Below, piece after piece: positions 46,136-58,429 of a stretch of DNA of 64,000 nucleotides. The notes under the pieces were generated by a model. The model was given only the letters and a program-made list of their open reading frames with translations. It was not told the DNA's origin and ran no database searches. How positions within the stretch are numbered: the first letter of the stretch is position 1; every line of letters begins with the position of its first letter. The position numbers and the translations under genes are program-made. The stretch comes from Ranitomeya imitator (lineage: Eukaryota). The stretch is from contig NC_091285.1 of assembly GCF_032444005.1 (NCBI RefSeq), positions 411,184,001 to 411,248,000 on the forward strand, given 5' to 3'.

Positions 46136-47738
46136 CAGGGCTGGACTGAGCATCGGGTGCTTCTGGCAAATGTCAGAAGGGCCCGTGCCTGTAGTGGGCC
46201 GCTCGATCCGCGCATGCTGGCAAGTACCAGCGTCAGAGACTGGAGAGAGCCAGCAGCACGCAAGATGAAAGGTAAGGCTAGTTTCACACTAGCGTTTTCA
46301 GGAGCTGCGGAGGGCTGCAGACTTTCTCCGTGAAGCCCTGCCCTCGGCCGCTCCTCTGCCGCTAGCTCCGCCTATTTCTGCATGAGACCTGCGTACCCAT
46401 CTTTAACATTAGTTACGCAGGTCGTGCGGCTGTATGCGGATGCTTCCGCCACGTCGTTTTGTTGATGATGCGGAGAAAAAAAGAAATTGCTACCAGCTGC
46501 GTCCTATGCTGGTCGCCGCATACAGAGGCAAGACCTGCGTACCTAATGTTAAAGATAGGTACGCAGGCCGCATGCAGAAGTAGGTGGAGCTAGCGGTGGA
46601 GGTGCGTACAAGGGCGGGGCTTCACAGAGGAAGTCCGCAGCCCTCCAGGGAACTGCTGCCCTAGCTCTCCCTGGAAGCACAGTCAGCGCGGTGACATTAT
46701 CAAATGCTCTGATCTGCTTTTATTCCCTTTCCCGGCAAAGAAAGAGAGACCGGGGGAGGTGGCGGGACAGAGCTGCTGTGAGCAGGAGAACCTGAAGAGC
46801 TGAACGTGGACATCAGCCTCCCCTGCACCACAGAAGTGTGTGTGTGTGTAGTCTGTGAGTGTGTAATACATGAGCATATGGTATCTGTAGTGTGTGTGTG
46901 TGTAATATGTGTGTGTTATCTGTAGTCTGAGTGTAATCCATGTGTGTATGGTGTGTGTAATACTTGTGTGTGAAGTATCTGTAGTGTGTGTGTGCAATTT
47001 GTGTGCGGTATCTGTAGTGTGTGTTACTTGTGTGTGCGGTATCTGTAGTGTGTTATCTGTATTCTGAGTGTAATCCATGTGTGTATGGTGTGTATAATAC
47101 TTGTGTGTGCGATATCTGTAGTGTAATACTTGTGTATGAGGTATCTGTAGAGTGTAATGTGCATGCGGTATCTGTAGTGTGTGTGTGTGTAATGTGTGTG
47201 CGGTATCTGTAGTGTGTGTAATACTTGTGTGTGTTATCTGTAGTGTGTGTAATTTTTGTGTATGCAGTATCTGTAGTATGTGAGTGTGTAATGTGTGTGT
47301 AGTATCTGTAGTGTGTGTGTGTAATGTGTGTGCGGTATTTGTAGTGTTTCCGTGTGTGTAATACTTGTGTGTGTGTGTAAGGCCGGAGTCACACATGCGA
47401 GAAACACGTCCGTGTCTCGCATGTGAAATCCAAGCTCTGGCGCCGGCACTTGGGAGCGGAGCATGCAGCTCCATGTGTTGCTATGCGGCCGCACGCTCCG
47501 CTCTGGAGTGCGGGCGCCAGAGCTTGGGTTTCACATGTGAGACACGGACGTGTTTCTCGCATGTGTGACTCCGGCCTAATAACGAGTAATGTGTACGTAA
47601 CGAGCCTGTGTTGTCCACCATGTGTGCGGTGTACATGTATGATGTGTGTGACTATATGACGTGTATGTAATTCATTGTATGTGGGCTGGTGAATTTTTTT
47701 TTGTGCCAGGGCTGCTTTTTGGTCCCATTCCGGCCCTG
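46136..47738. mobile_element. Non-autonomous hAT element with nested MITEs and a TG-rich array
   Basis: 8-bp TSD GCGTGGTG (46128-46135 and 47739-47746); termini CAGGGCTGGA / TCCGGCCCTG; TG-rich minisatellite at ~46835-47380. Confidence 0.85.
47381..47576. mobile_element. 196-bp hairpin MITE
   Basis: TAA TSD; ~62-bp near-perfect arms starting GGCCGGAGTCACACATGCGAGAAACACGTCCG. Confidence 0.9.
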
Positions 47739-47829
47739 GCGTGGTGTCACAATATCATCACGTTATAACAGAAAGATTTTGTCTTTTCCTATAAACTAGT
47801 AATAGACAGTCACTTCCATCTTGGACGCT

Positions 47830-48350
47830 TATGGGAGCCCCAATAACATGTCCCCTACTAATCCCTGCAGTCACCATCAGCCATTACCGAGGCTTCTGCG
47901 GGGTTGTATCTAATGGGAATAGTGCAGGCGCTGCCGATCAACATGTCCCTGCCAGGAGGCTCCGGGCTCCGCACTGCCGGCGGGCACACACGGATACCCA
48001 GCCGGCTGCCTGTAACGTACTGTGTGCGATGTGCTCACCAGGCGGCGCCGTCCCCGGGGCTCGGGCTCTCCGGTGGTTTGATGACTGCACGGTCTGCTTA
48101 TACTATAGCATCGTTACCTTGACTACGAAGGGTGCTCAGCGTGGAGCGGTTGCCGTGGTGACGAGTGTTCCCGCCCACACGTCATGCATTAGCCGGATAC
48201 AGGCATCACGTGTTAGTGGCCGTCGGGTGGGCGGGGCTTTTATAGTAGGCGGGCTCAGGCTGTGCTGGATGAAGGAAGGAGCAGTGATCGGGCGCATGCT
48301 CCACACACGGACGATGGCAGCAGCCGCTCCTGTTGTGTGGATGGAGCCAC
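47830..48350 (-). promoter_or_regulatory. smkr1: Putative smkr1 CpG promoter and first exon, with an RFX X-box
   Basis: CpG-rich; donor CTG|GTGAGC at 48039/48038; GTCACC-AC-GGCAAC (48149-48162) fits GTNRCC-N0-3-RGYAAC; E-box and GC box upstream. Confidence 0.65.
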
Positions 48351-48848
48351 CGCCCGATGATTTAGGTTTCGCTCACACTGAGGCTTTCAAGGAATTGTCC
48401 ACTTTTTAAGTCAATTTAATTTTTTTTTTCTTAGCTGCATTTGTAGTAGTTTAAAAAATCATTACTAGGTTTAGGTTTTATTAGAACCGTTGTGGTTTTC
48501 CAGGCTCATTGTTTCCCTGCACCGTCAGCTTTGTTGTCCTAAATTCAGAAAAGACCAAAAAAAAAAAAGGAGTCCACATCCTGTCCCTATCAAACCACCA
48601 CAGTGAGCTGCCAGACGTGTCCTCGGATAACTCACGCCGTGTGCCTAAAACAATAAGTGCCCACTTCACATTTAATAATGGCCCGAGTCTCCCCCAGTAT
48701 GAATCTCTTCTATACACAGCATACTGACCCCTTAGTAGCCCCCAAACTGGTGGCCCCAACACTACAAAGGCCACATCATCTCCCACACTGCATGATGGCC
48801 CCCTAAATATTCTCCATATAGTATAATGCCCTCCCCATAGGCCTCAAT

Positions 48849-49230
48849 CAGTAGAGTAGCTACCGAGAGGGTGGTGGCCCCAGGCTCTGCGGGGGCCCAC
48901 CCGGAGCTATGCTACTGTAACTGTATCAGCGTGCACATCGCGCTGATAGTTACATTCGGCGACAGAGCAGGGAGAATTGATCTCCCTGCACTGCCGTTAT
49001 GCGGCCTCTGAGCAGCAGTGGGCCCCCCACCCGTCATCGCAAGGTCCGCTGTGTGGGAAGGATGCTGATACAGCTGACCGCAGTGATGAGAGGAGCTTTA
49101 CGCTCCCTCTCCCATCATCCCCGTCAGCGTCTGACATCACTGACACGGACAGCGGGTGCAATGGCATCAGTACTTGGCCCCTGCAGTCGGAGATGAGCGG
49201 GAGCAGCACGGGAACCAGGAGGAGGTGCAT
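48849..49230. mobile_element. Left part of a hAT-like element, split by the foldback structure (continues at ~61408-62374)
   Basis: Starts CAGTAGAGTAGCTACC, like the hAT at 39445; continuity across the insertion is inferred. Confidence 0.5.
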
Positions 49231-49439
49231 ACTAAAACCCTATGTGCCAAATTAACCTATACCTATGGTAGATATTTTAGTCGTATTAATCTATACCTAT
49301 TTTAGATTTTTTTTTTACCGTTTCATTTTCTTAATTTAGTTTTCCTTTCCACTTCACTCCATTTGAAGCAGAGTAACCAATTCATTTACTTATGTATTTA
49401 TTTGACATAAAGTTGCAATACATGAATGTAGGGATTACA

Positions 49440-50695
49440 TTTTTTGGAAACGGAATAAGGTTTTGAGCTCTGTTTTTTTTTATTGGAATATGTTCATATT
49501 AGTACAACAACGTTATCTTCCAAGTTTCATTAGGATCTTTTTAGGGATTCAGTCTTTATGCGCCATATTCTGCCATACCTATGCCTAGTGTGTTATCATG
49601 GTTGGAAACGGAAAAACGGTTTTAAGCTCCGTTTTTTTTTATTGGAATTAGTTCATATTAGTACAACAACGTTATCTTCCAAGTTTCATTAGGATCTTTT
49701 TAGGGATTCAGTCTTTATGCGCCATATTCTGCCATACCTATGCCTAGTGTGCTATCATGGTTGGAAACGGAAAAACGGTTTTGATCTCCATTTTTTTTAT
49801 TGGAATAAGTTCATATTAGTACAGCAACGTTATCTTCCAAGTTTCATTAGGATCTTTTTAGGGATTCAGTCTTTATGCGCCATATTCTGCCATACCTATG
49901 CCTAGTGTGCTATCATGGTTGGAAACGGAAAAACGGTTTTGATCTCCATTTTTTTTATTGGAATAAGTTCATATTAGTACAACAACGTTATCTTCCAAGT
50001 TTCATTAGGATCTTTTTAGGGATTCAGTCTTTATGCGCCATATTCTGCCATACCTATGCCTAGTGTGCTATCATGGTTGGAAACGGAAAAACGGTTTTGA
50101 GCTCCGTTTTTTTTATTGGAATAAGTTCATATTAGTACAACAACGTTATCTTCCAAGTTTCATTAAGATCTTTTTAGGGATTTAGTCTTTATGCGCCATA
50201 TTCTTCCATACCTATGCCTAGTGTGTTATCACGGTTGGAAACGGAATAAAGGTTTTGAGCTCCGTTTTTTTAATTGGAATTAGTTCATATTAGTACAACA
50301 ACGTTATCTTCCAAGTTTCATTAGGATCTTTTTAGGGATTCAGTCTTTATGCGCCATATTCTGCCATACCTATGCCTAGTGTGGTATCATGGTTGGAAAC
50401 GGAAAAACGGTTTTGAGCTCCGTTTTTTTTATTGGAATAAGTTCATATTAGTACAACAACGTTATCTTCCAAGTTTCATTAGGATCTTTTTAGGGATTCA
50501 GTCTTTATGCGCCATATTCTGCCATACCTATGCCTACAGTGTTATCATGGTTGGAAACGGAAAAACGGTTTTGAGCTCCGTTTTTTTTATTGGAATAAGT
50601 TCATATTAGTACAACAACGTTATCTTCCAAGTTTCATTAGGATCTTTTTTGGGATTCAGTCTTTATGCGCCATATTCTGCCATACCTATGCCTAT
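49440..50695 (+). repeat. 158-bp tandem satellite, about 8 copies (left arm)
   Basis: Identical pseudo-ORFs 158 bp apart (49717/49875 and 50349/50507). Confidence 0.95.
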
Positions 50696-51590
50696 GGTAG
50701 TTTTTTTTTCTAAAGTTGAATTTTTTGAATCTATTTTTCCTTTCCACTTCACTCTATTTAAAAATAAATTAGCGGAGGTTAAACTTTAATTGCGTTTTCA
50801 ACAAGGCAAACCCATACATTTCTATAGAGTAACTTTAAATTTGAAATAAACACTGAATCCCTAAGAAGATCTTGATGAAACTTTGAAAATAATTTTGTCG
50901 TTAATATGAACTTTTTCCAGCAAGAAAAACAGAGCTTTAGGCTGGTGTCACACTCAGCTTAAGATAATACGGTCCGTATATTACGGCCGTAATACGCTGA
51001 AAAGTCCCCAAAATAGTGGTCCGTAGCTCCTCCGTAGGCAGGGTGTTTCAGGTGTTTTTTGCGCATGGCATCCTCCGTTTGTAATCCGTATGGCATCCGT
51101 ACTGCATGTTTTTCTCGCAGGCTTGCAAGACCAACATACGGCTATACAAGGTATCCATGTGTAAAAAAAAAAAAAAAAAATATATACTGTGTATATATGT
51201 CAGTAGACACATATATGTATATTTATTAATCTTTCATACAGCGCGAGATAGCTTTAAAGCCGGTAATTCAATTACCGGCTTTTGCTATCTCCTTCCTAAA
51301 CCCGACATGATATGAGACATGGTTTACATACAGTAAACCATCTCATATCCCCATTTTTTTTGCATATTCCACACTACTAATGTTAGTAGTGTGTATATGC
51401 AAAATTTGGGTGTTCTAGCTATTAAAGGGTTAAGTGGCGGAAAAAATTGGCGTGGGCTCCCGCGCAATTTTCTCCGCCTGAGTAGTAAAGCCAGTGACTG
51501 AGGGCAGATATTAATAGCCTGGAGAGGGTCCATGGTTATTGGCCCCTCCCCCTGGCTAAAAACACCTGCCCCCAGCCACCCCAGAAAAGG

Positions 51591-51693
51591 GGTGAGGGCG
51601 CCCTCTGCTGGTTGTTCTCATATGAACTCGAGCCTGGGAGCTTTCTAGGAAAGTTCCCACGCTCGAGGAACAACCAGCAGAGGGCGCCTCACC
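51591..51693. other. 103-bp near-perfect hairpin at a TE junction
   Basis: Arms GGTGAG(G)GCGCCCTCTGCTGGTTGTTC / GAACAACCAGCAGAGGGCGCCTCACC with an inner stem. Confidence 0.8.
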
Positions 51694-51703
51694 GCAGAAC
51701 AAC

Positions 51704-52993
51704 GTGGATTTCATCACAGAGGCGAATCGATTAAAAGCTATTGTGATTGAGAAAGAGGAAGATAGACAGCGTGTCATGCGTCTGCGACGATGCCGTTTGT
51801 GGATCCACCCCATCACGGCACAGAGAATGACCCGGGGAGTCTTTTCAACGTTGTATATGGAGCTTCGAGGTGACCCTGAAAAGTTTTTCAGCTATGTTCG
51901 GATGAAAGCGGAGAACTTTGATATATTGGTGGAGCGGGTTCAACATCTGATAAGAAGGAGTGATACCTATTGCCGATTCTCCATTACCCCGGCTGAGCGT
52001 CTGATGGTCACTCTTCGGTAAGCATTCTTTTGAATCAACTTTTGTTGTGGACTCTTTATTTGATATTTTGAATTTGTAGTAATTTCAGTCTTCCTTTTCT
52101 TCACAGATTCCTAGCAACTGGTGAATCCCTGTCTTCCCTACATTTTCAATTTAGACTGAGCATTTCCACAATATCAGGAATAGTGAGGCACACTTGCCGT
52201 GCACTGTGGGACTGTCTGCATGAAGAATACATTCCACATCCCACAATGCAGACATGGTTGGAAGTAGCTGACAGATTCCTGGAAGTGTGCCAGTTTCCCA
52301 ATTGCTTGGGTGCCGTGGACGGGAAACACATCTGTATCGTGAAACCGGCTGGATCTGGATCTCCGTATTTCAACTACAAGAAGTACTTTTCCATCGTGCT
52401 GATGGCCATCGCCGATGCAGATTACAAATTAGTAGCTGTGGACATTGGGGCGTATGGCCGTTCTAATGATTCGCAAGTTTTCAAACTGTCTTCTATGGGG
52501 CGGCATTTATATGGACAAACCTTTCAATTCCCCCCCCCCCCCAAGACCACTGCCTCAAACCTCTGTGCCACCAATGCCATTTGTATGTGTTGGGGATGAA
52601 GCTTTTCAGCTTTCAGAGCATCTTTTGAAACCCTACTCCAGCCGTGGTTTAACCAATACTAAAAGAATTTTCAACTACAGACTCACACGTGCAAGGAGAA
52701 TGGTGGAGTGTGCGCTTGGGATCCTAACCGCCAAATGGAGAGTTCTCTTGACATCCATAAACTTGAAGACAGACACTGTGGATGAGGTAGTGAAAGCGTG
52801 TGTTGTCCTACACAGTTATGTTATATCCAAGGAACAGCTTTCCATTGAGGACCACTCTGCCGAAACCACCTTGATGGATTATAGCAACCAGACATACAGA
52901 AGTTCTGCCACAGTTTCCAGAATACGGGATCACTTTGCAGAATATTTTATTTCACCCCAAGGAAGAATACACTGGCAGGATGATAGAGTTTAA
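51704..52993 (+). pseudogene. Harbinger DDE transposase, two exons, one frameshift
   Basis: ERLMVTLR|FLATGES across a GT-AG intron (52018-52106); GAVDGKH, NYKKYFSIVLMA, GDEAF, RRMVECALG; frameshift in a 13-C run (52530-52542) that could be an assembly error. Confidence 0.92.
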
Positions 52994-54406
52994 ACACTTT
53001 GTATGTACATAGTAATAACTTTAACCTTTACCCATGTTGTGTACCTGTTGTTTTTACCTTACCCATGTTGTGTACCAGTTTGGTTTTTACCCTCATGTTG
53101 CGTACCTGTTTGGGTTTACCTTTTACCCATGTTGCGTACCTGTTTGGGTTTACCTTTTATCAATGTTGGGTACCTGTTTGAGTTTATTTTTAAACCAAGA
53201 TGTGCATCTGTTTGGGTTTTACCCAAAGTACTACTGTTACCAATAAACCTTGTTTAACAAAAGTGTTATTTGTCCCTAATGAATAAATACAAGAGTTTTC
53301 AACCAAAAAGTTTTATTAACATAATTAAACAACACGCTAAAAAAAGGGGTAACTAAATGTTTTCATACGTCGGGGTGGAGATACTATCGGAGGCACTGTC
53401 TGATAGGGACACTTCGACACTGGACGTGTGGAGAGAGGAATGTGATGGTGGTGGAGAATGTTCAACGGTTAGGGGTGAAGGAGTGGAGAAAGCTATTGAG
53501 CAGGTGGACAAGAAAGTGGGATTGGGGTTAGAAATTTGGTAGGATGGAGGGGTGTAGGAAATGTTTTGTGAGGATTGGGTGGCAGAATGAGTGATGTGTG
53601 TAGAAGATGTTTGGGAAGAGGGTGATAGAGTCTGTTGGAAGTGGGCAAGGAGAGGAGGCGAGGATGAAGTAGATGTGAAGTTGTATGGGTCGGGATCATC
53701 ATATGGGTGGGAAGTGGCACGGGCGGGAGGCTGGTAGTGTGGATGGTGGGAAGGGGCACGGGGCTGGTGGTGTGGCTGGTGGGAAGGGGCACGGGAACAC
53801 TGAAAGTGTTGTGGCTGTTGGGATGGGGCACGATGTGGATGATGGCGAGTTGGGCGGGATGGGGCAAGGTCAGTTTGGCGATACGGGTCAGGAGGATGGT
53901 ACTGGCTGTAGTGGTGGACAGTGGAGGAAGGGGGGCCAGTTGGAGGATGGTTGGAAAGACTATCTGCTCTAGACGCAATTAGCGCTAGAGTAGACTGGCA
54001 GGATTCCATTACTTGCATCTGCTGAGAAGTAGATAGCGTCTCCATTTGCCCAAGCACCGACTGAAAAAAAGTGTTGTTCGGTGACTGTTTTGCCTCTGAA
54101 CGCATCGTTACCAGAAGTGTATGCATCTCGAGCGTACTTTTATTTATGAAATTGAATCCTGCAGCCATTTGCTCAGACAAAACTTTCAGACAGTTCTGGA
54201 ACGATGCGTTCAGGTGCAAGAACTCGGGAGCATAACTATGTACCTGACCCCTCTGGCGAAACCGCCCCGATGCTACATGTGTACTAGAGGTGGCTGCAGC
54301 AGAGGGGTGGGGTACAGGAAACGCTATGTTCTCACCAGCATCTACATGCAATGGAACCGGCCAGTATGCTCCAGCGCTCGTGGATGGGAAAGAGGGATCA
54401 GTAGAG

Positions 54407-54510
54407 TGGGAAGGTGCAGAGTGGGAAGGTGCAGAGTGGGAAGGTGCAGAGTGGGAAGGTGCAGAGTGGGAAGGTGCAGAGTGGGAAGGTGCAGAGTGGG
54501 AAGGTGCAGA
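54407..54510 (-). repeat. In-frame 15-bp repeat x7 encoding (SAPSH)n
   Basis: GAGTGGGAAGGTGCA tandem copies within the last exon. Confidence 0.95.
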
Positions 54511-56124
54511 GGGTTCCTCACTGTCAAAGTGTCCCTCGGTGGCGGCCTCCTGAGGGATCGCCCCAGAAGTGTTCAATTGTGCTGCAGGCTCCCGAGTGCT
54601 CCCAACGGTACTGTGGAAAAAGAGAGAAACAAACAATTAATATACTGTTATTGCATGGCCCTGGCTGAAAGAGCAAAAGAGGTTAGACATGTAAAACATT
54701 AGTGCATGTGGTGGGTAATATTTACCTTCGGGTGACCATCGTTGACCTGAGGAATGACAGGGCCCTTGCGTATTTGTACGTGCTCCTGCGTCCTCCAGAT
54801 CCAGTCGGGGGCCCGCATCTCTTTATTGAACTCCTTCTTAAAGCGATCCCTGATCGACCGCCACCTTTTCACAATCCGCTCACCTGTTAAAAAAGGAGAA
54901 AGACAACTTGGTTAGAAACAGCATTTTAGAAATCGCTGTTTGGCGAACTAATATGGGGGGGGGAAAAACCCAAGGTTTAAACAAGAAACTTTGCAGAGGC
55001 CAAAGGCGGAAGGGGACTTGGCGCTCCCTAACCCTTGGGTATATTTTTTATCAGCACAATGCCAGCATATTGGAGGATGGGGGGAGGAGATGGGAAAGGG
55101 GCAATCGCCCAGTAGTTTGAGTTATTTGATGGGAAAATGGCCTCTGGGTGAGAGTTTGGAAGGGGGGCAATTTTTGAAACTGGGTTCTCGGTTTCCTACT
55201 GTTCTCCTAATTCATAAGGTATGGGAAAAAGTTAAACAGATTAGGGGTGTCACAGGCCTTACCAAATACTCACCTATATGGGATAATATAAACTTACAAG
55301 AATTTAAGCAAATGGAAGGATATGTGCCATGGAGAGAGGCAGGAATTAGAAGGATGGATCAGCTAATGGGTCAAGGGAGACTTAAGTCATTCGTGGAGTT
55401 ACAAACAGAATTCCAGTTATCACATTTAAATTTATATCATTATAAAAGAATTCAGCATGCGTATCGGTCGCAATGTCGGAGAAAACTTATTGAGATCCAG
55501 ATTGATATCACGCTGGCTTCCATTTTGGAGAACAGCGGGACAAGGGGGGCAATTTCAGAAGTGTATAGAGATTTATTATTCACCTTTCTAGCCAAACATC
55601 CCATCAAGTCTAGAGTGAAATGGGAAGCTGAATTGGGAGAGATAAATGATGATAGATGGGAATCTATTTTAGAATATGTGACTAAGATCTCTATGAGCGA
55701 ACCTGGTAGGATGTCTCAATTATCTGTGATTCATAGAGCTTACAGAACTCCCGATAGACTGTTCAAGATGGGTTTGAGGTCTGATTCCGAGTGTCCACGA
55801 TGTTCGCAGGAACAGGCAGACATGTTACACATGCTGTGGCATTGCCCTAGATTGTCTGCCTTCTGGACAGTTGTATTGAATCGGATTGAATTGATATATA
55901 GGTGCGTTATTCCCAGAGACCCTTTGGTCTGTATATTAGGCTATGTGGAAGAAATAACAGTGGTATCTATGGTTAAACTGGCGATTGCTAGACTGTTATT
56001 CATAGCAAGGAAATTGATAGCTCGGTTCTGGATCAGGGAGGAGCCTCCGACTAGACGAGACTTTCTTACGCAGGCGGACCATATAATTTTATTGGAAAAA
56101 AGTATCTATACTAAGAGAAATAAA

Positions 56125-56563
56125 GAAAACCATATAGAGGAAATGCGTATTAAGAACAAATTCTTTATTTGAAATAAATATAAACAGAATATATACTGAA
56201 GACCATAGAAAAGCATAAAAAATTAAAAAAGTCTGGTAGCCAACAAAGTGCTCAAAATATGAGCCAAGTAAATATATGCGGCACCCCTCCTGGACAAACA
56301 GCATTACTAGTACCTGATAATCCACATAACAATGTGTTCGTACCCCTGGCACACATCCATATAGTAATTTTAAAGAGCAATCCTTAGAGTAACCTATCGG
56401 CCAAAATGGCACATCTAAATGCTCCTACTCAATAATGTCCATAATTATAAGGGTAGTATATGCCAGTATACTCACACGGAGATGTTAGTTCTTGCTGATG
56501 TCCAGGAGATGGTGCCACAGCCCCTACGCGCGTTTCGGCGGCGTGCCTTCGTCAGGGGAAGTC
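56125..56563 (-). mobile_element. 439-bp hammerhead-headed insertion (PLE-like fragment or retrozyme-like)
   Basis: 12-bp TSD AAGAGAAATAAA (56113-56124 and 56564-56575); removing it restores L1 ORF2 (..TKRNK LDVFQKIWQPW). Confidence 0.85.
56521..56559 (-). ncRNA. Type I hammerhead ribozyme, canonical core
   Basis: UCCC-CUGACGA-A-GGC(ACGCC)GCC-GAAAC-GCGC-GUA-GGGG; predicted cleavage after 56525. Confidence 0.85.
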
Positions 56564-56782
56564 AAGAGAAATAAACTAGATGTATTTCAAAAGATTTGGC
56601 AGCCATGGATAGAATGGAATTAGAATTGTGGGGAGGATGCATAATGGTATAGATGATGTTCATACTATACAATTGTATTTGAATTGGGGAAGGAATATCG
56701 GATGGGAATTTGGGAAAGCATTTAAGGGGTCTCGAAGGGGGGGGGATAGGGAGGCAAAAGGGTGGGGGAGTTATGTTCATAA

Positions 56783-57500
56783 TGAAACGGAAACACACCG
56801 GCGCTCCCAGGGGGGTATACTAGAAAGCCGCAGGTGCCTAGACAGCTACTGTGCTGACTCTGTCATATAGCAAAAAGAATAGTAAATAGATTAGGACACC
56901 GCGCTAACTAGATGAAAAAGCACACAATGAGTATAAAAAGAACAAGTAAATGTCTAGCTAAACAAGACCTATAACACAATGAGAGTATAGCTGATATTAG
57001 TGGACAGCTGACCGAGTGTTAAGGCAAAATGAAAGGCAAGTGAAAGTCTGCAGAGAATGCCTGCACTATCACATAAAAAACTAGGAGGTGTGTGGCAAAT
57101 GTATATATAAATAAAGAACGCACACTTACTACATGTAGCTGCTAAGGAGGTGCTGGCGTATGCCCAACACAAGCTGGCGCCGTCCCAGAGGGTATAGGAG
57201 CGGGATCACCAGTGGTCCGGGTGTCTCGTAGTGCAGAATCCAAAGCGGCAGCGGGGGGCGGCAAAAAACACCTGGTGGTATGGGGAGCGTCCTCCCTGGT
57301 GAGTGTGTGGCCGCCGCGCGCCAGGAGCGCCGCTGGCCGGCACACGTGGGCCAGAAAGATGCCGCTGCAAGGAGCGGTGAGAAAAGAGGGGCGTGGTTTG
57401 GGTGACGTCACCAAAACAAAGGAATAAGGAGCAGAGGACGGGTGCCGCACGGGACCACAATTGCCTACGCGTTTCGAAGGTCACCGGACCTTCTTCGTCA
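56783..57500 (-). mobile_element. 718-bp hammerhead-headed insertion
   Basis: 17-bp TSD GGGAGTTATGTTCATAA (56766-56782 and 57501-57517) in the L1 3' UTR; no recognisable ORF. Confidence 0.85.
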
Positions 57501-57503
57501 GGG
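57464..57503 (-). ncRNA. Type I hammerhead ribozyme, canonical core with a 2-bp stem I
   Basis: CC-CUGACGA-A-GAAGGUC(CGGU)GACCUUC-GAAAC-GC-GUA-GG; C3 and the 5' strand of stem I fall in the TSD. Confidence 0.75.
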
Positions 57504-58429
57504 AGTTATGTTCATAAAATATATGATTATCTGTGAATAACAGCTTGATGTCATTTGTTATCATTGATTTTCCTTAATAAAAATTTATCTGATTAAAAAA
57601 AGAAACAGCATTTTAGAATGCATCACCAAAACTGAACTGAGGATACTTACGTTCTTGAATCTGGGCCTGAACATCTAGGTCCTCCCACCTCGGTATCAGT
57701 TCACAGCAGATTTGCTCCCAGAGTCGACGGGTCACTGAGAGATCAGCATGGCGGCGGTCACCCATATTCCACAACGGCTCCCTGTCTCTGACAAGATCGA
57801 TGAGGAGGTCAATATCAAGGCCGACCTCCTCACCGTCCGAATCTGGAGCACGCTGTGAAACCTGTTTGAAAAGGTGGAAAAAATTTAACACCAAATTTGA
57901 AACATTGCTAACCTCCACCCAAAAAATAACAAAAAACCTACACGACGACGGCCGCCACGTGAATGTCGCCGACGATCCTGGGAGCCACTGGAAGGACCTA
58001 TTGCTTGGGCACCAGATTCCGAACTCTAGAAGAAAAAAAAAAAAATTATGTGCTTGTTGGTAGCCATTCTATGTGTTGTGTGCCATGTGATATATATGTT
58101 TTGTATGTGTTGTGTGAGGTTTGAAAGTATCAGTTTCTATGTATTTTGTTGTAAGAATCTAGTGTTATGTTTTGTGTGTAGTGTAGGGTGTGTTTCCGCA
58201 ATACATCACAGATACATACCAATTGTGAGCCCTATCCGTGTGTTTCTCCACTCCTTCCCTCATCTTCGGGGACCACCTCTTCTCCTGGGGAGTCAGCCTC
58301 ATCAGCTTCCTACGATGAAAGATAAAGAAATACATGATACACACACACGCACACACACCTTAGGTTCATACTAACCTCTGTGCATTGACGGCGAGGAGGA
58401 GGAGGGCTCCCCGAAGACATGGCTGCAAG

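Larger units (their letters stand above)
54932..57600 (+). mobile_element. 5'-truncated L1/Tx1-clade LINE in an intron of the MADF gene
   Basis: 18-bp TSD AGAAACAGCATTTTAGAA (54914-54931 and 57601-57618); ORF2 C-terminal part (IWGGKNPR..LALPN, CPRC..HMLWHC, ..FQKIWQPW* at 56623); AATAAA at 57576 and a short poly(A). Confidence 0.92.
53356..58420 (-). pseudogene. Harbinger MADF/Myb-SANT DNA-binding protein gene, about six exons
   Basis: ATG at 58420 (MSSGSPPPP); MADF motif LIDLVRDREPLWN..LWEQIC..|ERIVKRWRSIRDRFKKE; last exon at 53356-54612; apparent stops near 58230-58310 and a +1 slip near 54810. Confidence 0.8.

Noticed and set aside
46683-47474. 263-aa Thr/His-rich ORF
   Set aside because: TG/CA minisatellite inside a hAT element.
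56113-56172. Natural C-terminus of ORF 54991-56172 (..ENHIEEMRIKNKFFI)
   Set aside because: Read-through into the 439-bp insert; the true L1 C-terminus (KIWQPW) resumes at 56576.
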